Shown here: positions 46,165 through 58,865 of the stretch, piece after piece
Layout of the letters: every line of letters begins with the position of its first letter
How positions within the stretch are numbered: the stretch's first letter is position 1
Assembly (NCBI GenBank): GCA_964019425.1
Contig: OZ025791.1
Coordinates: 248,001-312,000, forward strand
Reading direction: 5' to 3'
Origin: Flectonema sp. DT1601
Lineage: Eukaryota
Length of the DNA stretch: 64,000 nucleotides
Notes under the pieces: model-generated
What the model was told of the DNA's origin: nothing
Databases searched by the model: none
What the model saw: the letters and a program-made list of their open reading frames with translations, nothing else
Program-made: the position numbers and the translations under genes

Positions 46165-46646
46165 CTGTTCTTTCTTCAACTGAGATATGAAATAAAAAAC
46201 ATAAAGTAAGACAACACTGACTACTCACCAAAACAGATAAAAACGACCTACTAATTGTACAGATATCCCATCCCCTTCCTGTGATTAAAGTAGTTTAAAT
46301 AATCGAAGCTTGTACTGACTTTACTCCTAACTGACAGTGTAACTAATTAAAATAAAACGAGGCGATTTCCACAAATAGACATAAGAAATACTAACTTAGT
46401 ATCCAACAGAACCGAACAGAACAAAACAATAAAAGACATCACATTCAGAACTGACGTAAATAAGGAGTAGGAGTGGAACCCTTTGTCAAGGTGGTGACAG
46501 AACTGTAATAGTTACCTCTCATAGAGAAGTCTGATGAGTAAATCAACGGATTTATTCACAAGCCTTAACTACGTGTAAAATTATTGATAAAGAAAGCTGA
46601 TCGAGAAATGGTCGACGTGTAAACAAAATCATGAGATAGTCAACAG

Positions 46647-47234
46647 CTATAAAGGAACAGGAACACCAGAATAAAGTAAATTTGACGCCTCTGTTGATAT
46701 TCGTTGAGATGGCGGTACGTGCGCTCCTGTACTTGCCATCGACACATTGTACTTTGAGGCTAATCGGGAGGCAAGTGACGTCTGTTGGTCGACACGCCTT
46801 CTTTTTATCAAAGAAATGGTTGCGTAATATACAACTGCAGCGGAAATGCAAATTACCGGCAACGGTGGAGGTGGTCCAGAAAATGTCTTTGACACCTGTG
46901 TTGAGGTCGCAGTCAAGTCACTGTGAGTTGTGAAACAGGTCGGAGCAATTAAACGCATCAATCGATACCAAAACCCTCGACCTTGGTCAGGGAGTTTCTT
47001 CTTTTCATATAAAATATCAACAGAGTTACCGTCACGAATGTCAACATCACACAGACGGGAATGAAGGGTAACTTCCATTCCTTCAAATGAAACTTTTAAA
47101 TCAGCGACATCGATATTCCACTTTGCTGCTGCTTTCATTGCTAACACTTGAATGGGATCATCGTACCAGAGACTAACTACAGCAACGTCTTTGTCTGTGA
47201 GGTTGTAAACGTATACTTCTATTGTTCGATTCAT
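46647..47234 (-). CDS. Protein with an N-terminal ubiquitin/SUMO-like domain and a possible TM helix
   Basis: LKVSFEGMEVTLHSRLCDVDIRDGNSVDI; hydrophobic VICISAAVVYYATISLI. Confidence 0.65.
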   Translation of the reverse strand: MNRTIEVYVYNLTDKDVAVVSLWYDDPIQVLAMKAAAKWNIDVADLKVSFEGMEVTLHSRLCDVDIRDGNSVDILYEKKKLPDQGRGFWYRLMRLIAPTCFTTHSDLTATSTQVSKTFSGPPPPLPVICISAAVVYYATISLIKRRRVDQQTSLASRLASKYNVSMASTGAHVPPSQRISTEASNLLYSGVPVPL

Positions 47235-47906
47235 GTTTAATTTTTTGTGTATCTAACAATAAGAACGAATCGGTTATTAAAATAGTTTTCAATGTTCTTA
47301 TTCACTTCATTGTTTGCCTAATGATTTTCGTTTTCTTTTCACTTTTTTCTTTTCCTTTTTTTTTTCTTCTTTTTATTTGATAGTGTTTTCTTTCATTCTG
47401 AAACTACTTATCAACTTCAGAGGGTTTTTTGACAAAAAATAAAAAGGAAGGCTACAATCAAGGTCTTGAAAAAAACTTAAAAACACGGGAAAAAAAAATC
47501 ATCTTTCAAAGCTAAACTAAGTTTGCTGTTGCGAGCGAAAATTTCAAAGACCTTCAGCATCAAAATAAAAATAAAAAAACTAGGGAATCAAAACAAAGAA
47601 CCCGACTCAGGAGCAAATCAAACAGCCCTACAAGACTAAAAGACTTTATTGCTGTCCTGACAGATCAAGTTAAGAACAAAAAATTAAACTATAAAGCAAA
47701 CAAAAAAATCCAACAGAAATTCAAAAACTAAATCAAATTCCGAACGATAAAAGTTCAGTTCACAAAGAATGATGGTTAAGAGGAAGTATTAATCAGAAAA
47801 AACTCAATTTTGTTACTTTTATTTAAAGCGAGAAACATATAAATGCAAGGTATCTTTAAACAGGCAGCCATTAAAAAACATTCACCTAAACAATATCATG
47901 AGATAT

Positions 47907-50063
47907 TTACTGCTTCTTCTCCTCGTCCTTCTTTTCTTCCTTCTTCTCCTCCTCTTCCTTCTTCTCTTCTGGCTTCTCTTCAGACTGAGTCTCGGTCGAT
48001 GAAGAGGCATTGGCGGCGGCGGCAGCCTCGTAGTCTTTCTTACCACAGTCCATCACCAGCTTCTGGAGCTTGTCATTGGCTTCCTGGAGCTGCTCAGGGG
48101 TCGAGTTCTCGTTGGCAATCGCATCCTTGGTCTGCTGAATGGCTTCTGTCACCTGCTGCTTCTCCTCCTCGGAGACGTGCTTCCACTCACCAACAGCCTT
48201 CTCAGCCTGGATCACCTGGGTCTCGGCAGTGTTCTTTGCCTCAACTGACTCCCTCTTCTTCTTGTCAGCTTCCTGATGGTCCTCAGCTTCTCTGATCATT
48301 CTCTCGATCTCGTCCTTGCTCAATCCTCCGCTGGACTGGATTCTCACGGTCTGTTCCTTGCCAGTCGCCTTGTCCTTCGCGCTCACGTTGCAGATACCGT
48401 TGGCATCGATGTCGAAGGTCACTTCAATCTGTGGAACTCCACGTGGTGCTGGTGGAACTCCCATCAGGTCGAACTGTCCCAACATCTGGTTGTCCGCAGC
48501 CATTTCACGTTCTCCCTGGAGAACCTTGATACCTACCTGGGTCTGGTTGTCAGCAGCAGTCGAGAATACCTGTGGTTGGTGATGATGATGATGATGTTGT
48601 TGTTGTTACTACAAAAAACTGTTTCCATTACAAGTTTTACCAACTCCAACATACCTGACTCTTCTTCGTTGGGATGGTGGTGTTCTTTGGGATCAAACGG
48701 GTGAAGACTCCTCCGAGGGTTTCCAATCCTGTTTTAAATTTAATGAGAACGAAGATGAAACAACGCACTTTTATCTGCAGCTCTCACAGAAGAATACAGC
48801 AAAACTATGAAAAAATATTTTGTGTCTGTTTGACATACCGAGGGAAAGAGGGGTGACATCGAGAAGAAGAAGACCACCAACGTCTCCCTTCAACACTCCT
48901 CCCTGAATAGCAGCACCCATGGCCACAACCTCATCAGGGTTCACTCCCTTGAAAGGCTCACGCTTGAAGATGTTCTTCGTCACCTCCTGCACCTTTGGCA
49001 TACGAGACATTCCTCCGACAAGGATCACTTCTTGGATCTCACTGGTGCTGAGTCCAGAGTCCTTGATGCAGGTCTCACATGGCTTGATGGTTCTGTTGAT
49101 CAAGTTCTCAACCAATCCTTCGAGCTTCGATCTGGTCAGTGTCTGTTGCAAGTGCTGAGGTCCAGACTCGTTCGCCGAGATGTACGGCAAGTTGATCTCC
49201 GTCTGCATCGATGAACTCAACTCCATCTTTGCCTTCTCTGCCGCCTCACGTACACGCTGAAGGGCCATCTTGTCCTTGGCGACGTCGATACCGACCTCCT
49301 TTCCGAAGGTGTCGGTGATGTGCTGGGTGATCGCCATGTCGAAGTCCTCTCCTCCCAAGAAGGTGTCTCCGTTGGTCGCCTTCACTTCGAACACTCCTCC
49401 CGACACCTCCAAGATCGACACATCGAAGGTACCACCACCCAAGTCGTACACGGCAACGACCTTGTCCTCGTCCTTCTCCATACCGTAAGCAAGGGCCGCG
49501 GCAGTTGGCTCGTTGATGATTCTGGTCACGTTAAGCTTCGCGATCATTCCGGCGTCCTTGGTGGCCTGACGCTGGGCGTCGTTGAAGTACGCTGGCACGG
49601 TGATGACGGCATTTGGAACGGTGGTTCCAACGTGTGCCTCAGCAGTCTCTCTCATCTTCTCCAGAACGAAGGATCCGACTTGGCTCGGTGAGTATTCTTT
49701 TCCGGCGGTGTCCTGTACCCAAGCGTCTCCGTTTCCAGCTCTCACGATCGTGAAAGGAACCTGCTTCTGGTCCTCCTTGGTCTCCTTGTCGTCGTACTTA
49801 CGACCAATCAAACGCTTGATGGCGTAGAAGGTGTTGGTTGGGTTGGTCACAGCCTGTCTCTTCGCGGCCAAACCGACGAGCTTCTCAGCTCCCTTGAATG
49901 CGACATACGAAGGGGTGGTTCTGAAACCTTCGCTGTTCTCAATCACACGGGCGTTGTTTCCTTCCATGATCGCAACACAAGAGTTGGTGGTTCCCAAATC
50001 GATACCAACAACATTTCCGGTAACCTTTGAGCAGTAAGCTCTACGGGCGGCCTTGCTGAACAT
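47907..50063 (-). CDS. HSP70: Mitochondrial Hsp70 (DnaK-type), copy 1; 3 exons (50063-48839, 48728-48655, 48569-47907)
   Basis: [30 protein letters not shown], linker [12 protein letters not shown], short basic presequence [10 protein letters not shown]; introns of 110 and 85 nt. Confidence 0.96.
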
Positions 50064-50568
50064 TTTAAAGAGATGAAGCTGGAAGGTGATGAAGTTATTC
50101 AAACAGAAATAATAAATCAGCAGAAGAAGAATCAGATAGATAAACATTTAATAATGCTGACATCAGTCGGATCCTGAATCAATTCTTCTTAGCAACAATA
50201 TACGATATTTGAAAACAAAACGGGTTAGATTAATGAAAGAGAATAGCAATAACAAGGAAGAGATCCTGTAACTGATGAAGCTGCGAACAACAAGAATTAC
50301 ATAAAATATGTTCCAAAAACAAAAGAAAATTTCAAAAGCAACGCAAAAAGGACACCAACAGGTTAATTATTATTATTTAGCAGAGCGTGTTTAATGAACA
50401 CGTCGATCTGCTTGTTGGCAGTTATTTTAGTTTGTGGAAGGGTTACGAAACTTTTAAGAAAGGGGCAGAGTTAGTAATAACCCCAATTCTGATTCATATT
50501 TAACTAAGTCGCAAGTATGACACCTGTTGCTCCCAATAAGGAAAGCAAACACTCAGGATTCGTACTTA

Positions 50569-52596
50569 CTACTTCTTCTCCTCGTCATTCTTCTCCTCAG
50601 ACTGAGTCTCGGTCGATGAAGAGGCATTGGCGGCGGCGGCAGCCTCGTAGTCCTTCTTACCACAGTCCATCACCAGCTTCTGGAGCTTGTCATTGGCTTC
50701 CTGGAGCTGCTCAGGGGTCGAGTTCTTGTTGGCGATCGCATCCTTGGTCTGCTGAATGGCTTCTGTCACCTGCTGCTTCTCCCCGGAAATGTGCTTCCAC
50801 TCAGTAATAGCCTTCTCAGCCTGGATCACCTGGGTCTCGGCAGTGTTTGCCTCAACCGACTCCCTCTTCCTCAATCCTCCGCTGGACTGGATTCTCACGG
50901 TCTGTTCCTTGCCAGTCGCCTTGTCCTTCGCGCTCACGTTGCAGATACCGTTGGGGTCAATGTCGAAGGTCACTTCAATCTGTGGAACTCCACGTGGTGC
51001 TGGTGGAACTCCCATCAGGTCGAACTGTCCCAACATCTGGTAGTCCGCAGCCATTTCACGTTCTCCCTGGAGAACCTTGATACCTACCTGGGTCTGGTTG
51101 TCAGTAACTGTAGAGAATATCTGTGGGTGGTGATGATGATGTTGTCTGCCACGATTTCATCACTTACAAACCAGTCTATGCAACAACATACCTGACTCTT
51201 CTTCGTTGGGATGGTGGCGTTCTTTGGGATCAAACAGGTGAAGACTCCTCCGAGGGTTTCCAATCCTGTTTTAGATTTCCTTTTACAAACGAACAAAACA
51301 TAATATACCCCTGCCAGTAAATGATCTATCAAATGTGTGGAATGAAATGTCTTATTTCTTTTTTGACATACCGAGAGAAACGGGTGTGATGTAATGAAGA
51401 AAAAGACCGCGAACGTCTCCCTTCAACACTCCCCCCTGGATAGCAGCACCCATGGCCACAACCTCATCAGGGTTCACTCCCTTGAAAGGCTCACGCTTGA
51501 AGATGTTCTTCGTCACCTCCTGCACCTTTGGCATACGAGACATTCCTCCGACAAGGATCACTTCTTGGATCTCACTGGTGCTGAGTCCAGAGTCCTTGAT
51601 GCAGGTCTCACATGGCTTGATGGTTCTGTTGATCAAGTTCTCAACCAATCCTTCGAGCTTCGATCTGGTCAGTGTCTGTTGCAAGTGCTGAGGTCCAGAC
51701 TCGTTCGCCGAGATGTACGGCAAGTTGATCTCCGTCTGCATCGATGAACTCAACTCCATCTTTGCCTTCTCTGCCGCCTCACGTACACGCTGAAGGGCCA
51801 TCTTGTCCTTGGCGACGTCGATACCGACCTCCTTTCCGAAGGTGTCGGTGATGTGCTGGGTGATCGCCATGTCGAAGTCCTCTCCTCCCAAGAAGGTGTC
51901 TCCGTTGGTCGCCTTCACTTCGAACACTCCTCCCGACACCTCCAAGATCGACACATCGAAGGTACCACCACCCAAGTCGTACACGGCAAAGACCTTGTCC
52001 TCGTCCTTCTCCATACCGTAAGCAAGGGCCGCGGCAGTTGGCTCATTGATGATTCTGGTCACGTTAAGCTTCGCAATCATTCCAGCGTCTCTAGTGGCCC
52101 GACGCTGGGCGTCGTTGAAGTACGCTGGCACGGTGATGACGGCATTTGGAACGGTGGTTCCAACGTGTGCCTCAGCAGTCTCTCTCATCTTCTCCAGAAC
52201 GAAGGATCCGACTTGGCTCGGTGAGTATTCTTTTCCGGCAGTGTCCTGTACCCAAGCGTCTCCGTTTCCGGCTCTCACGATCGTGAAAGGAACCTGCTTC
52301 TGGTCCTCCTTGGTCTCCTTGTCGTCGTACTTACGACCAATCAAACGCTTGATGGCGTAGAAGGTGTTGGTTGGGTTGGTCACAGCCTGTCTCTTCGCGG
52401 CCAAACCGACGAGCTTCTCAGCTCCCTTGAATGCGACATACGAAGGGGTGGTTCTGAAACCTTCGCTGTTCTCAATCACACGGGCGTTGTTTCCTTCCAT
52501 GATCGCAACACAAGAGTTGGTGGTTCCCAAATCGATACCAACAACATTTCCGGTAAACTTTGTGCACGTAGCACCAAGGGCGGTCTTGCAGAACAT
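50569..52596 (-). CDS. HSP70: Mitochondrial Hsp70 tandem copy 2, divergent linker and lid (possible pseudogene); 3 exons (52596-51372, 51265-51192, 51120-50569)
   Basis: Exon 1 is near-identical to copy 1 at a 2533-bp offset; same intron positions; frame intact, with in-frame deletions totalling 37 aa in exon 3. Confidence 0.8.
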
Positions 52597-52901
52597 TATA
52601 ATGATAATGTAGTAAGGAATCAATCAAAGGTTGTCTTCAAAGTTGTATTGGATAAAAAAGAACAAACACCTGTACTAAATCGTACAGCTGAACATTTAGT
52701 AAGAAAGTCAACTGAGTAATGGGAATTAATTACATTCGTAGGAAGTCTGATTTGTGATTTCGAATATCCAAAAAAGTAAAAGACAATCCTGTAATTTAAA
52801 GATTTTTAACAAATAAATAGAAACAAAAGTTACAATACGAATCTAAGTTAAGAACACGATGACTTACTTCTAAAGAATATCACAGTTGATTATCAGAAAT
52901 A

Positions 52902-54735
52902 TTATACAGGAGGACCGTTTGTATCAATTCTACTCATTTCCTTCATCATACTGTGATTCATTAAGTCATCGCATTGAAGTCTTTCACGTTCGGCACTAAA
53001 GCATTGCCTTAGAAAGTCTTGTACTTCACTTGGACAACTACTGATGTCGGGATGTGAACAATCTTTCCAAACTTGGAGTAATTTCATTGTAAGAGAAGCA
53101 TCATTATTCTTTATAGGCCATGGACGTTTACCTGTTTGAAGTTCTAAGACGGTACATCCGTAAGACCAAATATCTGATGAGAAAGTAGCCGCAGCTGATT
53201 CGTCAGAAACCAGTCGAGGAGATTTGTACATCAGCGTTCCTCCTCTACTGGCGCTGTCATTCTTGCTTGATTCTCCATCACGTTTTCTAATTACTCTACT
53301 GAGACCAAAATCAGTTAATTTTAAAACCCCGTCTCCATTAACAAGAATGTTACTCGGTTTAATATCACCATGAATAACGCTATGTTTACTATGAAGGCAG
53401 TGGAGTCCTCTTAATATCTGAAAGGCGTATTTTGATAATGCGGCGGTACTGTGTTGACACTTCTTCATTACTTGCTGAATCTCTCCAGCAGTGACTAGTT
53501 CCATAACAATGTTCATAATTGTTTGGTTTCCAGGAGTCTTTTCAGTATAGAAATCCTTCACGCTGACAATATTCTGATGAGAAATCTTTTTAAGTACGTC
53601 ATACTCTGAAGTGTCAGCATCATCATCAAGTGGAACTTCTTTTATTGCAAATGACACTCCAAGTTCCTTCTCTGTAGCCAGAGCTAAGTACACACACCCG
53701 AAGGCTCCTTGTCCTAGGACTTCATCCTTTATATATTTCTCTCTTACAAATACTCCCGGTGGTGGTCTGAGATCAATACTACGACGTGCATTTAACCTTC
53801 GATCTGTCTTAATGACGGGTTTCGGAGTAATAGAAGGTTTCTGTTTTTATTGTTGTTGTTGTTGTTGTTGGCAGGAAAATAAGGGAGACACGAGAACAAC
53901 GCACAGAACCCTCAGTTTAACGTAAGTGTATTCCGACGGACCATCAACTCGTTCGACATAATTACACGTATTGTAGTCAGAGGTAAATAATAAACAGTGT
54001 TCCGTATAAATAGCGACATACTTTTACAGCAGGCTTGGGAACTGGGGTGGGAACTGGAGTGCGAATAGGAACTGGAGTGGTAGCAGCTGGGATTCTAACA
54101 GGTGGAGCTGTCACTACAGGAGGGATTGGTTTGCTCACCGGCTGAACAGTAGGAACCGGCTGAACAGCAGGGACCTTAAATGAAGGTTCCCGTGTGACTG
54201 TCGGTGGAGTTGGTACAGCAACAGGTGCATGTGTTGGCTCAGCTACTGTAGGTCTCCTTCGCGCCTTTGCAGTTCTATCAATCCCCCAGCTGTAACTAGG
54301 TTCCTCGTCATTCAACCAACTGTTGAGGCTCTCAAACTGTGCAGTGAGTCGTAATTTACATTTCATCTTTGACACTGCTTGTAATATCTGTCTACGGTGA
54401 CCAACTTTCACAATGTCTATATTTATTAAGTCTTGTTCTGTCAGGTTAGCAGCCTTTTCTAAGCTAATCTTCCCCTTTGCAAAATTTCCGAGGTACTGAG
54501 GCAAGTCACAACTCTCTAACAGCGATACATTTCTGGGTAAGTAGTGAAGCATTTCAGCATCTTCTTGAGTGAGACCCATTCCTCGGAGTTCACCAATTCT
54601 GAAGCTTCGTAACACTTCGCTGTCTTCAATTCCGTTGTTTAACATTATTTCATTTAAGTAGTCTAATCCAGCTAACTCTAATATCTTGCAAACTTTTAAA
54701 GTCGCATTTTCTGATCTGCTGGTAAACGAATTCAT
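52902..54735 (-). CDS. Tandem SAM domains + Pro-rich linker + STE11/MAPKKK-like kinase; 2 exons (54735-54022, 53840-52902)
   Basis: SAM motifs (LRGMGL; DLINIDIVKVGHRRQILQAV). The 181-nt phase-0 intron joins them to LGQGAFGCVY...FAIK...HGDIKPSN...DFG. Confidence 0.85.
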
Positions 54736-55520
54736 TTTCCCAGCGATCTGCAGGTGTAGAAATAAATATTATTGTTAGTATGACGACGTAAATAGACAAG
54801 GTAAAAAACCAATATTATTTTTTGTAATTATCTAGTCTGCTAAAAATGAATAAGTCCCACAACGAACAACAGTATTAACGACTTATAATTCAGAGAAAAC
54901 AACAACTCATAAGGGAGCACAGGAGGGGATTCTCGGAAGGGACGAGGTTGATAAAGGAGAGGAATCATGTGAGGTGACTAACAGCGAAATAAGAATGGGA
55001 ATCACGCCTACAGAATAAAGGAAAGCTCTAGGTTTGCAATAACCACTGTCTCGGAAGGCAGAGCTGAAATCTAATTGGCTGCCGAAATGTAAAAAAAGAA
55101 ATGCGTAGTCACCAATCAAGCTGAAGTAAGAAAAGAAAAATAAAAAATAGAAAACAGCTACAAGCGCCGTTATTTATTTAATCCCAAGGGAAGCCGTTAA
55201 GGGTCTTCCCTCAGGAGGTTTTATGCATTTTTTTTGCTAGCTTTTTTTTTTTTTTTTTTTTACAGTTTTTTTTATAGTTTTTTTTTCACAAAAGGGGCAA
55301 AAATGGGAGGGCAACAGGGGAACACAAGGGGGTAAGGAGAGGAACAAACAGGCCTCATGTTCTCTTCGAATGAAGCTCAGATTGCAATTATTCCTCTCAC
55401 AGGGAGGGGGAGTGGCATCTATAGGCGGAAAACTGAAATACAATAAACATGAAGAATACTTATAAATTATGAACAACAGTAACAAACATCGATAAAGTTA
55501 AGAATTATTAAAGAGACTAT

Positions 55521-57392
55521 TTAATATCTACCTGGTGATACTCCATTTCTTGGAGACTTGTCGTGAAGTCTGTATGGTGATGTAGTTGGAATCGCACGGG
55601 TTCCGTGGAACACAGTCGCGTCATTGCGAAGCTTCGCTTCCTTCTCCTCCAAGGATTCACGCTGCTCTCTCAGTCTAATCTCCTGCTCAAGAAGTGGCTT
55701 TTCCTGGTCCTCAATCTGCTTTCTTCTTTGAAGAGCTGCTTGCTTTTCGGCTTCCATCGCAAGCACCTTCTTGTCCTGATCTTCAACAGCTCTCTGTGCA
55801 TCCAAAGATCCCATGTGCGCCTGCTGTTCATGGTCTCTTGAAAGCTGAAGGGATCTGTCCTCTTCGTCTCTTCTCAATCTCTCTCTCTCAGTAGCAGCAG
55901 CGGATTCTCTTGATCTCATATCGAGATCCTGCTCTCTTCCGGCTCTCTGTTGAAGTTCCAAGTCAGCCTGCGAAAGTCTGTCGTTTGCGAGCTCGCTCTG
56001 TCTCTTCTCTTCCAACAGAGAGAGATTGGCGTGCTGCTCTCTGTCTCTAGCTGCCTGCATATCAGCGCTGGCTTCACCCTCGGCTCTTCTACATCTCTCA
56101 GTTTCTCTCTGAGACTCCAACATCAATTGGGCGCACTGTCTCTCTTTGTCCTGAGCCGCTGCCTGCTCAGCCTCCTGGAAAGACAGAGCCTGTTCGGTTC
56201 TGTCGGTGTCCTTCTGAGTCTCAGTGTGAGCGAGAGTTCTTTGCCTCTCTCTTTCCTTGGCAAGGTCCAAGTCTTGGGCTCTCTGAGCTCTCTCTCTTAG
56301 AGCAGCCTCAGTATCTCTCTGTCCATCAAGTAATCTGTTCTTCGCTTCTCTCTCACCCTCAACAATTTCGCCGAGTTGCTGCTCAGCAGCGGCCAATCTC
56401 TTTTCCTGGTTGTTGGTGGCGCTCTGTGCTTCCATGTGTGCGACGTGGCTCTGCTTCTCGGCCTCCTTTCTGCCTTCAAGCTCTTCGCGAGCAGCCTTAA
56501 TCTCCTGCTTCTGACGGAAGTCTTCCCAGTGGTCACGGGCTCTGAAGTAGAGGGAGTCGAGCATGGTTGGGTACATTTCAGTGTAGCGAGTAAATTCCTG
56601 AAAGGAGATGATTCCGTCGCGGTTAGCGTCAGCCTTGGCGAAGAGGTCAATGACGGTGGCTGCTGAGAGGTCGAAGTTCAAGACGCGGAATCCCCGTTTG
56701 AATTCCTCCGCTTCGATAACTTTGTTGTTGTTGACGTCGAGTTCTTCAAAAACTGCGCGAGTTTTCTCATCGTGGGTGGCGTTATCAGGAAGCACCTTGT
56801 AGTCTCCAGTAGGAACAGCTGGTCCAACAGTCGCGACCTGTGATGCGATTGGGATGACAGCGGATGGAGGAACAACTGACGGAACGATGTGGGCAACTGA
56901 CGCAGCAGCTGCTTGTGCAACAGCGACTGGATGCGAGATCATTCCACTGGCTGCGGCAGCGACGGCAGCCGAAGATGGTCCGACAGGCAGCACTGCTGGT
57001 CTCATTGGTGGTGGAATGGCCTTCTGAACTTCGTGATGCCATGGAGCTTCTCTCTGGAAGGCATAAAGTTGAATTCCTTCCTTCAACTGAGAATTGCTAA
57101 CAAGGTCTGCCCATCTCATGAGAGCCTCATCGTATACCTGAAGTCTGCTCATGTTGAAAGCGGCAGTGTTTGGAACATCCGATGGTCGGTGAGCTGTCAT
57201 CTCAGCGTTATAAGTGGCCTGAATATGAGACTCAAGTTCAGCTACAGTTGGGGCACGTGGGAATTGAATTTCAAGATTGTGCTGTATTATATTTATTTAC
57301 GTACTCGACTAGAATCTGATACTTGTAGACAAACGAAATAAGCATACCTTGACTCCAAACATATCAGCAGCGCAAAGAACAGCGTAGGCCAT
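55521..57392 (-). CDS. BILBO1: BILBO1 homologue (N-terminal Ubl-fold domain, two EF-hands, long coiled coil); 2 exons (57392-57348, 57281-55521)
   Basis: Spliced N-terminus MAYAVLCAADMFGVKHNLEIQFPRAPTVAEL...HRPSDVP...YDEALMRWADL...QLYAFQ...WHHEVQKAIPPPMRP matches my recollection of the trypanosome BILBO1 NTD. EF-hands DVNNNKVIEAEE and DANRDGIISFQE. Confidence 0.88.
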
Positions 57393-57681
57393 TTTGTTTA
57401 AGTTGTGTTATAAACGTTAAGACAAGTAACTGTTGAGAGAAGGATTTTAATAGAACAAACACTTCAGAAATAATATTAGTTGGTAATCTAGTGATCTAAA
57501 ATAATACAAAAAAGGGAATTAGGAGACTCATGGATCCCCTTTCTTGTATTGCTTGTCTCTTTCTGTTGAATAAATCTCATTGCAATCTATTGAGAAGGAC
57601 TTTAATAAAAATATTGTAGTCACCAACCTGTCGTGTTAGCAGCAGCAATGTCAGCTTTACCTAAAGACTGCTAAAAGCACG

Positions 57682-58149
57682 TTAGCCAGTTCCCTGCCAC
57701 CAATTGCTGTCAGCTGGGTTACCAAAGTTCTGATTATTTGTAGGTCGGATTTCAGTAATGACTGGTATCTGGTCATTTCCAGGTTCAGGTGATAATGCAA
57801 ACGATGAAATGGATACAGCATCACCATTTGGCGTTACTGGAATTTGTATTTTGTTATCTCTCAGTAGCATTTCTAAGTGCTTCACTCGATTAGTTAATGT
57901 CTCTTGTGATGTTTGTAAATCACTAACTCGCTTCCACAAAACAGCGTTCTGCTGGAATTGTCTTTCACTCAGTACTTTAATCTGCTCCTTCACCTGCTCC
58001 TTAACACATTCATCGATTGTTCGCTGCATGTCAATGCGTTGCATAGCAGGTGAATAAGAAGTTGAAACAGGGCTTCCTGAGGGTGGTGCTGTTGAAGGAC
58101 TCAACACATGCGACATATGCGTTGGTGTGATAGGAGAACACGCCTCCAT
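57682..58149 (-). CDS. Hypothetical small coiled-coil protein
   Basis: 155-aa ORF with heptads LWKRVSDLQTSQETLTNRVKHLEMLL; CAG acceptor upstream. Confidence 0.65.
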   Translation of the reverse strand: MEACSPITPTHMSHVLSPSTAPPSGSPVSTSYSPAMQRIDMQRTIDECVKEQVKEQIKVLSERQFQQNAVLWKRVSDLQTSQETLTNRVKHLEMLLRDNKIQIPVTPNGDAVSISSFALSPEPGNDQIPVITEIRPTNNQNFGNPADSNWWQGTG

Positions 58150-58834
58150 ATACTTGTTACTGGTAGAGTGAATTGAAGTTTTTCTTTTGCTATGAAATCT
58201 TCTCTACTTTACACACAGCAGTAGTTGATAAGTCTTCCGCCACTCTGATGAGAAAATTATTTATGTATTAATTTACACTACACCAAAAACACTTTGCAAT
58301 AACATAAAATAAAAGGAGCTGAGAAAATAATTGAAACGTCTGTGAAGACTACTCGCAAAGGATGGAGGCAATCTGAAAAGTCAGAAACGAATGATTATGT
58401 GTAGTAGAATAGTAACCAGAAAGAGGTATCATAGCACATAAGATTATCCCTCAAACTGGTAGTGCTATTATTGTTATTATTATTATTAATTTTTTTTTTT
58501 TGATTAGAAGTATTGACAAACCCGTGGAGAGAGAGAATATATGTTGTTTTTAATTTCTCATCACCAAACCACTTCAGCAAATCAACACTTTTGAGATCCT
58601 CCTAGGACACAATTGAGTAGCTGAACAACAACGAATGACAACACACAACACTTTAGAAAACTTGGAGAATACTACATGAGTCTACTACCAAGTTGATATA
58701 ACTGTCACTGTGAACTATTAATGTTGTATGTACAACCGCAGACACATACACAGGACAAGGTCTTAGTAAAGATCAACACACTAGAATGCCATAGAAGAAT
58801 AAGTAGCACTCAATGATGTCCGGGGGAAAATGAA

Positions 58835-58865
<31 letters not shown>

